A stretch of DNA of 64,000 nucleotides from an uncultured Candidatus Rokubacteria bacterium (GTDB lineage: Bacteria > Methylomirabilota > Methylomirabilia > Rokubacteriales > CSP1-6), in NCBI GenBank assembly GCA_963754315.1, contig CAVWFS010000008.1, positions 96,001 to 160,000 of the forward strand. The letters run 5' to 3'. Of this stretch, positions 48,715 through 58,182 are shown one piece after another. Each line of letters starts with the position of its first letter. Positions within the stretch are counted from its first letter, which is position 1. The notes under the pieces are model-generated. The model had not been told where the DNA came from and made no database searches. It was given only the letters and a program-made list of their open reading frames with translations. The position numbers and the translations under genes were made by a program.

Positions 48715-49476
48715 GTGAGCGTGGAAGCTGCCTTGAACGCCATCTGGTCGGGCCATCAACGACGGCAGCACCATCCATCCGAGTGGCAGGGCCGACTGAG
48801 CATGATCGAGGCGTACCAGGTTCAGCTGGGACTGCTCGACCGGTACGTGGGGATGGGCGACCGCCATGCCGGCTGGAAGGTGGGCCTGACGGCCAAAGCC
48901 ATGCAGCAGCAGCAAGGCGTCCATGAGCCCGTCTTCGGCTTTCTCCTCGAGAGCGGGCATCGGAGCACGGGCGTGGTTTTCTCCATCAACGAGCTGATCC
49001 GTCCTGGCTTCGAAAACGAGCTCTGCATCACGCTGGGTCGGACGCTCGTCGGTCCCGCGGTCACCGTCGCCCAAGCGCGCGAGGCCATCGCCACGGTCGC
49101 ACCTGCTCTCGAGATCGTCGAGCGGCGGGGCGACTTTACCGCCGACCTGCACCTGGCGCTGGCCGACAACGCTCAACAGAAGGCCTTTGTCACCGGGGCC
49201 GAGTACCCGCTGGGCCAACTGGACCTGGCGACGGTGAGCGTGGACGTCCGCGTCAACGGAATCCATCAAGAGCGAGCGCGGGGGGCCGAAGTGTTGGGCA
49301 CGCCGGTGGCGTCGATCACCTGGCTCGCCAACAAGCTCGCCGAGTTCGGCCGTCGGCTCGAGACCGGCGCGAAGGTAATGTCGGGCTCGTTCACCCGACA
49401 GTATGCTCTCAGTGCGGGTGACCAGGTGGACTCACGCTTCGACCCTGTGGGCGCCGTTCAGGCCGAATTTCACTAG
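48715..49476 (+). CDS. 2-keto-4-pentenoate hydratase / FAH superfamily protein
   Basis: AYQVQ, GWKVGLT, EPVFG, ALEIVE, ADN and SGSFT motifs. Confidence 0.88.
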   Translation: MSVEAALNAIWSGHQRRQHHPSEWQGRLSMIEAYQVQLGLLDRYVGMGDRHAGWKVGLTAKAMQQQQGVHEPVFGFLLESGHRSTGVVFSINELIRPGFENELCITLGRTLVGPAVTVAQAREAIATVAPALEIVERRGDFTADLHLALADNAQQKAFVTGAEYPLGQLDLATVSVDVRVNGIHQERARGAEVLGTPVASITWLANKLAEFGRRLETGAKVMSGSFTRQYALSAGDQVDSRFDPVGAVQAEFH

Positions 49477-49482
49477 GACAGC

Positions 49483-50361
49483 GTGAGCGCCGTGCGACCC
49501 ACCACGCGCCTGCGGGAGCTTCTCCGACGCGACTCGATCCTGGTGGCGCCCGGGGCCTACGACGGGCTCTCGGCGCGGCTCGTGGCGCGGGCGGGGTTCG
49601 ACGCCGTCTACGCGACGGGAGGTGGCATCGCGCGCAGCGCGGGCTATCCAGACCTTGGCCTGCTCACCATGTCCGAGGTCGTCGATCGCCTGGCGGCCAT
49701 CGTCGAGCATTCAGCCCTGCCCGTCATCGCCGACGCTGACACGGGCTACGGCAACGCCCTCAATGTCCAGCGCATGGTCCGCGCTTTCGAGCGCACCGGG
49801 GTGGCTGCCCTCCATCTCGAGGACCAGCAGTTCCCGAAGCGGTGCGGCCATTACGACGACAAGGGAATTATCCCGACCGCCGAGATGGCCGACAAGCTCC
49901 GGGCCGCCCGCGACGCAGCCGGCGATCCCGATCTCGTGCTCATCGCCCGCACGGATGCCTTGGCCCTCGAGGGCATGGCGGGCGCTATCACCCGGGCCCA
50001 TGTCTATGCGGAGTCCGGAGCTGATGTGATCTTCGTGGAGGCACCGACCACCGAGACCGAGATCGAGGAGATCGCGCGACAGGTTCCACAGCCGAAGCTC
50101 ATCAACATGTTCGAGGGGGGGAAGACTCCCCTCGTTCCTCTCGGCCGCCTGCAGACTCTCGGCTATCGTATCGTCATCATCCCCTCGGACCTCCAGCGCG
50201 CGGCCATCCGCGCCATGGAGGAGGTACTCAGGGTAATCGCGCGCGATGGCAACAGCGCGGCCCTGGCGGGGCGCATGGCGTCGTTCAGGGAGCGGGAGGC
50301 GGTCGTGGGCACGGACGGCTATCTGGAGCGCGGGCGCCGCTACGATCGTGGAACTACTTGA
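49483..50361 (+). CDS. Isocitrate lyase/PEP mutase family lyase (methylisocitrate/dimethylmalate lyase-like)
   Basis: DADTGYG, EDQQFPKRCGH and IARTDA motifs. Confidence 0.92.
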   Translation: MSAVRPTTRLRELLRRDSILVAPGAYDGLSARLVARAGFDAVYATGGGIARSAGYPDLGLLTMSEVVDRLAAIVEHSALPVIADADTGYGNALNVQRMVRAFERTGVAALHLEDQQFPKRCGHYDDKGIIPTAEMADKLRAARDAAGDPDLVLIARTDALALEGMAGAITRAHVYAESGADVIFVEAPTTETEIEEIARQVPQPKLINMFEGGKTPLVPLGRLQTLGYRIVIIPSDLQRAAIRAMEEVLRVIARDGNSAALAGRMASFREREAVVGTDGYLERGRRYDRGTT

Positions 50362-50478
50362 GCTTCGTGTCGAAATTCTAGCCCAGCGCCGCTGCCAGCG
50401 CTGGCGCAATGGCACTCTGGGCCAATCGATGGCGACAGCTAGGCACCGGGAGGACAATGGGAGGAGGGGGACGCACCG

Positions 50479-51843
50479 ATGAGCATACAGTCCGTCAATC
50501 CCGCGACCGGTGAGACTCTTGCCACCTTTCCCGAGACGTCAGACAGAGACATCGAGCGAATCCTCGCCAATAGCCAGGCGGCCTTCGGCGGATGGCGGAC
50601 CCTACCTTTCACGGTGCGGGCCGAGCGGATGCGCGCGGCGGCACGGGTCCTTCGAGCGCGCACGACAGACTATGCCCGCGCCATGACCCTCGAAATGGGC
50701 AAGCCCATCGTCGAGGCCGAGGGCGAGGTCGAAAAGTGTGCCTGGGTCTGCGACCACTACGCGGAGCATGCCGAGGCAGATCTCGCCGAGCAGCCGCGTG
50801 CGACGGACGCCTCCAAGAGCTATGTGCGCTTCGATCCGCTCGGGCCCGTGCTGGCGGTCATGCCCTGGAACTTTCCCTTCTGGCAGGTTTTCCGTTTTGC
50901 GGCACCGGCTCTCATGGCCGGCAACGGCGCCGTCCTCAAGCACGCCTCGAACGTGCCGCGCTGTGCGCTCGCCATCGAGGAGGTCTTCCGCGAGGCGGGC
51001 TTTCCGGCCGGACTCTTCGCGACGGTGCTGGTCAGCTCGGCCAAGGTGGTGAAGCTCATCGCCGATCCGCGGATTGTGGCCGTCACCTTGACCGGCAGCG
51101 AACAGGCCGGCAGCATCGTGGCCGCCCAAGCCGGTCGCGAGCTGAAGAAAACGGTACTCGAGCTGGGCGGCAGCGACCCCTTCATTGTGCTGGGGGACGC
51201 TGATCTCGCTCGTGCCGCCCGGGTCGCCGCCGATGCCCGGCTCATCAACAGCGGGCAGAGCTGTATCGCCGCCAAGCGCTTCATCGTGGTCGACCCGATC
51301 GCCGACCAGTTTCTGGAGCGTTTCAAGGTCGAGCTCGGCTCGCGCCGCATGGGGGATCCGCTGGCCCGGGAGACTCAGGTGGGACCACAGGCCCGCGGCG
51401 ATCTTCGAGACTCCCTCCACCAGCAAGTCACGGAGTCGATCAAGCGGGGCGCCCAGCGGCTCCTAGGCGGGGAGATTCCAGCGGGCCCCGGGGCTTTCTA
51501 TCCCCCCACGTTGCTGACGGCGGTGGACAAGGGCATGCCGGCCTTCGACGAGGAGACGTTTGGTCCCGTGGCCGCGGTCATCCGGGCCAAAGATCAGGCA
51601 GACGCGGTGCGTTTGGCCAACGATTCGCCCTTCGGGCTCGGCGCGTCGCTGTGGACGCAGGATCGCGTACGGGCAGAGAGTGTGGCCGCGGAGCTGGAGG
51701 CGGGCACGGTCTTCGTCAATGGCCAGGTGAAGTCGGACCCGCGTTTGCCCTTCGGCGGCATCAAGCGGTCCGGGTATGGGCGGGAGCTGGCGGAATACGG
51801 CATCCGCGAGTTCGTCAATATCAAGTCGGTCTGGATCGCCTGA
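50479..51843 (+). CDS. NAD(P)-dependent succinate-semialdehyde dehydrogenase family
   Basis: MPWNFPFWQ, LELGGSDP, GQSCIAAKR and EETFGP motifs. Confidence 0.93.
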   Translation: MSIQSVNPATGETLATFPETSDRDIERILANSQAAFGGWRTLPFTVRAERMRAAARVLRARTTDYARAMTLEMGKPIVEAEGEVEKCAWVCDHYAEHAEADLAEQPRATDASKSYVRFDPLGPVLAVMPWNFPFWQVFRFAAPALMAGNGAVLKHASNVPRCALAIEEVFREAGFPAGLFATVLVSSAKVVKLIADPRIVAVTLTGSEQAGSIVAAQAGRELKKTVLELGGSDPFIVLGDADLARAARVAADARLINSGQSCIAAKRFIVVDPIADQFLERFKVELGSRRMGDPLARETQVGPQARGDLRDSLHQQVTESIKRGAQRLLGGEIPAGPGAFYPPTLLTAVDKGMPAFDEETFGPVAAVIRAKDQADAVRLANDSPFGLGASLWTQDRVRAESVAAELEAGTVFVNGQVKSDPRLPFGGIKRSGYGRELAEYGIREFVNIKSVWIA

Positions 51844-51847
51844 CCCC

Positions 51848-52462
51848 TCAGATGCCGAGAGGAAAGCCGCAGAGGCCGCGCACCGTGATGGCCTCACCCA
51901 GATGCAGCGCATTGTGGCGGAGGGCGCCGCCGGCAAGGCGAGCGGCCCGCGACTGATCCTGCCAGGATCTGTATCCGCTCCCCTCGACCCAAGCCGTGTT
52001 CGACCTGAAGGCCCCTGCCTTGGCGGCACGCGCGGTATCGGCGATGCCGACGATCTCCTCCCAGGCCGCCGGTTTCAAGGTTCTGACGATCTCCTGCGTG
52101 CGGCGGCCGACGGCATCGCGATACGCGCGTAGAGCGGCGATGTCGACACGGGCGGTGAGCTCCGCAACCTCGCCATCGGGCATTCCGGTGCCGATGATGG
52201 GCCAGGGGGCGTTGAGCCGCTGGCCCCAGTCCTCGTCCCAAACCTGACGACCATCTGCCACCACCAGGTTCACCGAGACATCCTCGGTCCGGGCCATGTG
52301 CCAGAGGAGCCACACCAGCGAGTTGAGGCCCGGGTTAGGCCGCGTCCGCATCTGATCTGTAGTCAATCCTGCGAAGACACGGTCGGCGTACGTTTCGCTC
52401 CCGGCCACGGCCGCGGAATGCAGATCACCATGCTGGACGAGAAAGAAGCTCACCACATCCAT
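51848..52462 (-). CDS. DinB family protein
   Basis: NSLVWLLWHMARTED and H...HLGE motifs. Confidence 0.85.
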   Translation of the reverse strand: MDVVSFFLVQHGDLHSAAVAGSETYADRVFAGLTTDQMRTRPNPGLNSLVWLLWHMARTEDVSVNLVVADGRQVWDEDWGQRLNAPWPIIGTGMPDGEVAELTARVDIAALRAYRDAVGRRTQEIVRTLKPAAWEEIVGIADTARAAKAGAFRSNTAWVEGSGYRSWQDQSRAARLAGGALRHNALHLGEAITVRGLCGFPLGI

Positions 52463-52615
52463 CGCTCTCCTGATGGTAGCCCGCCGCGCGGCCAGCCCAC
52501 AAATCCTTGCCCTTGTTCGGAGAACAGGGTAGAAAGGGGGCCTCTCGCTCGGATGCCGATCGCACCTGAAGATATACGGCAGGGCCAGGCTGGAGGTTAC
52601 TCCCAGGAGGGACGG

Positions 52616-53068
52616 ATGATACGGCTCAAGCGAATCGGCCATGTCCTGTTGCGCGCCTCCGACGTGGAGCGCTCGCGGACGTTTTACTCCACGATCCTCG
52701 GGTTCGAGGTGGTGGAGCAAGACCCCGAGCACGGCGGGATCTTCATGGCCCTTCCAGGTCAAGGTCACACCCTGGATATCTTCCAGGCCGACGCCGCCTC
52801 CGCTCAGCGCTCGACACCGGGCGGGGTGGGTGTCCACCACGTCGCGTTTCAGGTCGATAGCGACCAGGCCCTGACGGACGCGTATTTCAGCTTGCTCGAG
52901 CATGGGGTGAAGGTCACGCGGGCCGTGGATCATGTGAGCCAGAAGAGCATCTACTTCCACGACCCCGACGACAACTTGCTCGAGATCTACTATGAGCTGC
53001 CGAATGCGCCCGAGTTGTTCCGGCAGGGTCGCGGCGATCGAGACACGCCGCTCGTCTTCGAGCGATAG
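52616..53068 (+). CDS. VOC/glyoxalase family protein
   Basis: IGHVLL, HHVAF and SIYFHDPDDNLLEI motifs. Confidence 0.9.
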   Translation: MIRLKRIGHVLLRASDVERSRTFYSTILGFEVVEQDPEHGGIFMALPGQGHTLDIFQADAASAQRSTPGGVGVHHVAFQVDSDQALTDAYFSLLEHGVKVTRAVDHVSQKSIYFHDPDDNLLEIYYELPNAPELFRQGRGDRDTPLVFER

Positions 53069-53107
53069 CCCAGAAGATTCGTCGGCCACGCCTCGACCGG
53101 GTGACTG

Positions 53108-54244
53108 ATGAGGTTGATCTACCGGCGCCGAGGTCTGACCCTGCGCCGGGCGTCCGGCCTCCCCGATCCGCTGGTGAAGGCGCTGCAGCGTGACCTTCGA
53201 TCGCTCGGCTATCTCCGAACCGGGATCGATGGATGGTTCGGGCCCGTCACGGAACGGGGGGTGCGGGCCCTGCAATTCGACCTGCTCTACGCCGGACACC
53301 ACGGCAAGGATGGTGATGCGCCGGTGGCCGTCCGCACTTTCAACCGCGGGCGAGTCGCCGCCGTGACCGGTGTCGTCGGCGAGCGCCTGGCTGCCTGCAT
53401 CGAGGACATGCTGACTGATAACCGGGTGGTGACCTTGCCGCGCTCCGACGATCCCGGTACGGCCAACCGCGAAGCCCTCGCGCGCATCAAGGAACTGGAG
53501 GGCCTACCAGTCCCACGGCCATTCTTGCTCGCCGTTCTGGCGCAGGAGAGCGCCCTCCAGCACTTTCGGACGCCCACCCTCACCGATGCCGACGACTTCA
53601 TCGTTGTCGGCCTCGACCGCAACGATACCGGCCGGCCCGACCACATCACCTCCCGGGGATTCGGGATGGGGCAGTACACGCTCTTCCACCACCCACCCCG
53701 CGCAGGCGAGGTTGCGAGCCTGATGCTCAATCCCGTCCGAAATGTTCAGCGGACGATCTTCGAGCTCGAGGACAAGTTTCACCACTTTGTCGTTGGATCG
53801 ACGTCGGGAACGCAGGCTGACGATCGGCTCAGCGAGATCGGATGGGGAGCGCTGCGGGCCTGCCGGTACAGTCAGTCCGACCCGAGGTATCTGACCGATT
53901 GCGCACGCTGCGCAGCCGAGCGGCTGGTGAACATCGGCCCGAGCACGCCACTGCACCCCGGAACAACCGCGACCTTGCACCCGACCCCATACCACCCCGA
54001 GACCGCATACTCGGGGGTGCCGGATCGTTCACGCTTCGGCTGCGATTGGCCGTATGCCGTCCGGCGCTATAACGGCTCCGGGGTCAACTCCTACCACTAC
54101 CAGTATCAAGTCTTACAGATGCTCAGGCGGCCACGCAGATCGTCACCGGTCGAAGATGATCCGGCCGCCCCCGCGCGCCGGACCGGGCCCGGGACCACGG
54201 GGCGTCATCCCCGGAGGCATGGCGGCAGGTACGACAAGGCGTGA
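53108..54244 (+). CDS. Peptidoglycan-binding domain plus lysozyme/lytic transglycosylase-like domain
   Basis: VKALQRDL..LGY...IDGWFGPVTERGVRALQ; LAQES, GMGQ and RRYNGSG motifs. Confidence 0.7.
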   Translation: MRLIYRRRGLTLRRASGLPDPLVKALQRDLRSLGYLRTGIDGWFGPVTERGVRALQFDLLYAGHHGKDGDAPVAVRTFNRGRVAAVTGVVGERLAACIEDMLTDNRVVTLPRSDDPGTANREALARIKELEGLPVPRPFLLAVLAQESALQHFRTPTLTDADDFIVVGLDRNDTGRPDHITSRGFGMGQYTLFHHPPRAGEVASLMLNPVRNVQRTIFELEDKFHHFVVGSTSGTQADDRLSEIGWGALRACRYSQSDPRYLTDCARCAAERLVNIGPSTPLHPGTTATLHPTPYHPETAYSGVPDRSRFGCDWPYAVRRYNGSGVNSYHYQYQVLQMLRRPRRSSPVEDDPAAPARRTGPGTTGRHPRRHGGRYDKA

Positions 54245-54565
54245 CTCTTCGGCCCGCATGGCCTCCTGCGCGCGGTCGTTGAGACGCTCCACGGCGACCT
54301 TGACACCATCGGGAAATCGGCGGAAGGCCTCCTCCAAGGTCTGGGCCTCGAGCGCGAACTGCAGTGGGATGGGCCCTACCTGGGTCATCAGGGACGTCTC
54401 CCCCATGTAGACTGCGGGGCGAGAAAGGTCCGGCGAGCCGTCGGGGGTTACTGGAGTGAGCCTCCGCACCGTGGCGGCGCCTAGGTCGGTAAAGGTCTCC
54501 TCCCGGTAGAGGCCTTGCAGGTCGACTTTCAGGTCCAGGATGTTTTGGGGATCCTCGGTTGCCAC
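54143..54565 (-). CDS. Hypothetical cytoplasmic protein
   Basis: GGAGGA then GTG; LYREETFTDL..ATVRRLTPVTPDGSPD; G/P-rich tail. Confidence 0.75.
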   Translation of the reverse strand: MATEDPQNILDLKVDLQGLYREETFTDLGAATVRRLTPVTPDGSPDLSRPAVYMGETSLMTQVGPIPLQFALEAQTLEEAFRRFPDGVKVAVERLNDRAQEAMRAEESRLVVPAAMPPGMTPRGPGPGPARGGGRIIFDR

Positions 54566-54611
54566 AGGTGTCCTCCGTGTAGACGGGCTCCCGAACACGA
54601 TATCAGAAGTC

Positions 54612-54730
54612 TGGGCTTGGGGGGCCCTTTCGAGGCCCAACAGCTAGCGCGAAACCGAGGGGCGGCACGGGTTTCCCGGGCCGCTCCGAGCGCATGGGGG
54701 GCTTGGGGGGCCCTTTCGAGGCCCCCCATG
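54612..54730. repeat. Diverged inverted copy (about 1.3 units, 86-bp period) of the 32.6-kb repeat
   Basis: Reverse complement ggggggcctcgaaagggccccccaagccccccatgcgctcggagcggcccgggaaacccgtgccgcccctcgg aligns colinearly with the 85-bp unit. Confidence 0.85.
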
Positions 54731-54842
54731 TTCTTGACGGCTGGGAGTGGGCGGGGCAGGATCGGCCGATGGGTGATGGCCGGGATCGCCAGGCACAATC
54801 GGGGCGCACGCTGCTGTCCACGTCGACGGCGAGCCCGTCGCC

Positions 54843-55991
54843 GTGATCCGGGACGAGCTACTCCACCGGGCTGTCAGGCTGGTGCCGATTCTCAAGGAAC
54901 GAGCGGCTCGGGCCGAGCAACTGCGGCAGATTCCTCCAGAAACGGTTTGCGATCTCCTGTCGTCGGGTCTCATCCGCATCGGCAACCCGCGTCGATATGG
55001 CGGCCACGATGTCGAGGTGGATGCGGCCTACGATGTCGGCTGGGAATTGGGGCGTGGGTGCGGTTCGACAGGTTGGTGCTACTCCCTGTGGACGATTCAC
55101 AACTGGTGGCTCGGTCATTTTCCCGAAAAGGCCCAGGAGGAATTCTTCGGGGGCGGACCCGACACCTTGTTTTCGAGTGGCCTCAATCCGGCTGGCGGGA
55201 AGGCGGAGTCAGTGGGTGACGGGTTTCGCGTCTCCGGTCGATGGGGCTTTTCGAGCGGCTGCGACGCGGCCAGCTGGGTGATGGTGGCTGTCTCCGGGCC
55301 GAAGCCTGGCGGCATGACCTGGCTTCTGCTCCCGCGCTCCGACTACGCGATTCGCGACACGTGGTTCGCGTCCGGCATGCGGGGGACCGGCAGCAAGGAC
55401 ATCGAGATCCATAATGCCTTCGTTCCCGCCCACCGCGCCATGGATCCCGACCGCGCTGGCAATGACGACTGGACCGGATGGGAGCTCCACGGCCGCCTCA
55501 GCTACCGGGTGCCTCTCAGGTGCTTGATAGGGTGGGATCTGGCGGCCCCCCTGATCGGCATCGCCCAGGGCGCCATCGATGAGTTCACATCTCGCTTGAG
55601 CGGAACATCAGGCCCGGGGAGGACCGCTGATTCCGTGGCGGTTCACCTGCGGCTGGCCGAAGCATCGGCCGCGGTGGACGCCGCCCGAGCGCTACACCGC
55701 TACGACATCCGAGAGATGCTCGACAGGGCGGCCCACGGGGCGCCGTTCTCGGAGATGGATCGCGTTCGCTACCGCCGGGACAAGGCCTACGTCGCCAAAC
55801 TCTGTATCGAGGCCGTCAACCGCCTGTTCGAGGCCAGTGGTGCCCACGCCGTGCTGGAGTCAGACCCGATCCAGCGCTTCCATCGCGATGCTCATGGCGC
55901 CTCCCACCACGCGGCGCTCACCTGGGATGCCGTCGCCGAGCAGTTCGGACGTCAGGCGCTGAGCCCCCCGAGCCCTGGCTCGACCGCCTGA
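54843..55991 (+). CDS. Acyl-CoA dehydrogenase-fold flavin-dependent monooxygenase (HsaA/C2-HpaH-like)
   Basis: GCGSTGW, GRWGFSSGCD, DTWFASGMRGTGS and IQRFHRD motifs. Confidence 0.9.
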   Translation: MIRDELLHRAVRLVPILKERAARAEQLRQIPPETVCDLLSSGLIRIGNPRRYGGHDVEVDAAYDVGWELGRGCGSTGWCYSLWTIHNWWLGHFPEKAQEEFFGGGPDTLFSSGLNPAGGKAESVGDGFRVSGRWGFSSGCDAASWVMVAVSGPKPGGMTWLLLPRSDYAIRDTWFASGMRGTGSKDIEIHNAFVPAHRAMDPDRAGNDDWTGWELHGRLSYRVPLRCLIGWDLAAPLIGIAQGAIDEFTSRLSGTSGPGRTADSVAVHLRLAEASAAVDAARALHRYDIREMLDRAAHGAPFSEMDRVRYRRDKAYVAKLCIEAVNRLFEASGAHAVLESDPIQRFHRDAHGASHHAALTWDAVAEQFGRQALSPPSPGSTA

Positions 55992-55992
55992 A

Positions 55993-56974
55993 CTACAAAC
56001 TCTTGAGGAAGGCGAGCATCGCGGCATTGACCTCCGCCGGGCGCTCCTGCTGTGTCCAGTGACCACAGCCGGGGAGCATGAGCGTCCGCGACAGCTGGGG
56101 AACGAACTTCGAAAGATTGGGGATGAGCTGGTCCATGCCGCGGAACGCCACCACGAGATCGCGATCACCGGCGACGTAGAGGGCGGGCACGCTGACGCGT
56201 GACCCCGCGAACGGCGCCAGCAGCTCCCAGTTGCGGTCGATGTTGCGATACCAGTTCAGCCCGCCGCCGAAGCCCGTTCGCGTGAACTGCGCGGTATAGA
56301 AGTCCAGGTCTGCCGCGCTGAGCCAGGCGGGCAGGTGGCTCGGCTCCACCATGCTGGTCAGAAAACCGCCACGACGCGGTACCATGCCGACCGCGCCGGG
56401 ATCGGAGATGGTGGAGTCACGGTGGGGGACATCTCCGGACGCGGAGTAGAGGAGACGCCGGAGGGAGAGCCGAACATCGCGCTCGAGCTCGGACTCAGCC
56501 ACGCCCGGCTCCTGGAAGTACAGCTGATAAAACTAGGGCGTCGTCTGTTTGCGGCATGACGGTGGTCGGGCGGACCGTCCCTCGAGGCCGGTACGGCACG
56601 CTCAGACCAATCACTGCTCGGAAACGGTCAGGACGCAGCAACGCCGCGTGCCACGCCACGGGCGCCCCCCAGTCATGGCCGACGATCACGGCTGACTCCG
56701 CGCCAAGAGCATCGACGAGGCCCACCATGTCACCTACCAGGTGCAAGAGGGTGTACTGGTCGATGGCCCCGGGCCGGTCGGTCTCACCGTAGCCCCGCAT
56801 GTCGGGGGCGACCGCGCGAAAGCCAGCCTCGGCGAGGGCCCGCAGCTGATGGCGCCAGGAGTACCAGGACTCTGGGAAGCCATGGCAGAGCACGACCAAC
56901 GGGCCTGTGCCCTGCTCGGCGACGTGCATTCGAATGCCGTTCGTCTCCACGGTCCGGTGCTGGATGTTGGTCAT
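55993..56974 (-). CDS. Epoxide hydrolase-like alpha/beta hydrolase, +1 frameshift near 56535
   Basis: HGFPESWYSWRHQ and GHDWGA. FYQLYFQEPG is restored after removing one base. LNWYRN and GHWTQQE follow. Confidence 0.88.
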
Positions 56975-56984
56975 CACGTGCTCC

Positions 56985-57266
56985 TCAAGCCCTGCCTTGC
57001 GCATCGTCACCCTGAGCGATATCGCGCGGCCTTGAGCGCAACAGAGCCAACGCGTCTGCCGCTTGCTGGTCGATGCTGAATGGCCCCGAGTGGGGGTCGC
57101 TGCCAGCAAATCCTCGGCGGTGATACCGGATGAGCTGGTAACGGTCCACGAGGAGTGCCTCACGAGTGAGTGGGAGAAACGAGTCCGCCACGTGACTCCC
57201 ATGAATGAGCAGCACTGGCTCGCCCTCACCGTGAAGCTCGTATTCCATGCCCTCGGCTTTTCGCAT
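56985..57266 (-). pseudogene. Truncated alpha/beta hydrolase fragment
   Basis: GEGEPVLLIHG..YHRRGFAGSD..QAADALALL, then ends before the nucleophile motif. Confidence 0.65.
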
Positions 57267-57813
57267 CTTCTCCTCCTCCTCGGCGTCCAACATCCGGTCG
57301 ACCGATCAGCCGAGCCCTGCGGCTTTTGCGACATTGGCAGCGTAGCACCGGAACCTCCGGCTGCGGCCTCCCGAATCGGCATGGCATCGCCTCCTGTTCT
57401 GACCCGCTGGCATCCCTGATGCACGCCCTAGAAAAGAATCCCGGAACACGGCGACCGTGGTTGACGCGCGGGAATCAGCTGGCGTAGGATCCAATCGCGA
57501 ACGTCTTCATCTGAATGGAGCAGAGGTGCGCACGCGACCAGTTCCTTGCGAGATAGGAGGTACACATTCGCCACGGAGGCGGAGTCATAGACCGTAGCCG
57601 TCGAAAATCGAGGATCAGCACTCCTACATGAATTCGACGGAGGCGGCCGGCAACGGCCAGTGAGCGCGGCCATCCTGTAGCCAGAGAGATAGGGGACGTC
57701 ACCACGCGCCGTAAGTAGACAATAGGATACATGACCTTCATGGAAGGTGGCAAGGCGGAAGGGACTATTCTCCGATCCGCAGCGCGACTTCCCGTCAGGC
57801 GAGGAGGACAGCC

Positions 57814-58119
57814 ATGGTGATCCGGATTACCTGGGGAAAGCTCCAGTCGGGAGCCTGGAATGACTTCGAGCGCACGTATCGAGCCAACGTCGTCGCCAAG
57901 GGCAAGAACATCAAGGGACTGCGTGGTCGCTGGCTCGCCCAGGATGCGGGCGACAAGGATACCGGATTTGCCGTGAGCCTGTGGGACAACATGGCGGACA
58001 TGCAGGCCTATGAGGGCAGCGCGCTGTACCGGGAGATCGTGGGGCCACTGCAGCCCTTCTTCGTGGGTGAGTACAAGACCTATCGCTGCGAGGTGAAATA
58101 CGCCGACGGCGGAGCGTAG
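57814..58119 (+). CDS. Antibiotic biosynthesis monooxygenase (ABM)-like barrel protein
   Basis: GGAGGA RBS; KGLRGRWL...AVSLWDNMADMQAY. Confidence 0.8.
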   Translation: MVIRITWGKLQSGAWNDFERTYRANVVAKGKNIKGLRGRWLAQDAGDKDTGFAVSLWDNMADMQAYEGSALYREIVGPLQPFFVGEYKTYRCEVKYADGGA

Positions 58120-58182
58120 CGACCTGGCCGCCGCGCGCCGCGCGGCGGCCAGCCCTTCGGCATAGGCTGACGTTCGAGGACG

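Noticed and set aside
57428..57740. Small minus-strand gene (possibly frameshifted)
   Set aside because: No recognisable family or convincing RBS; cannot be supported.
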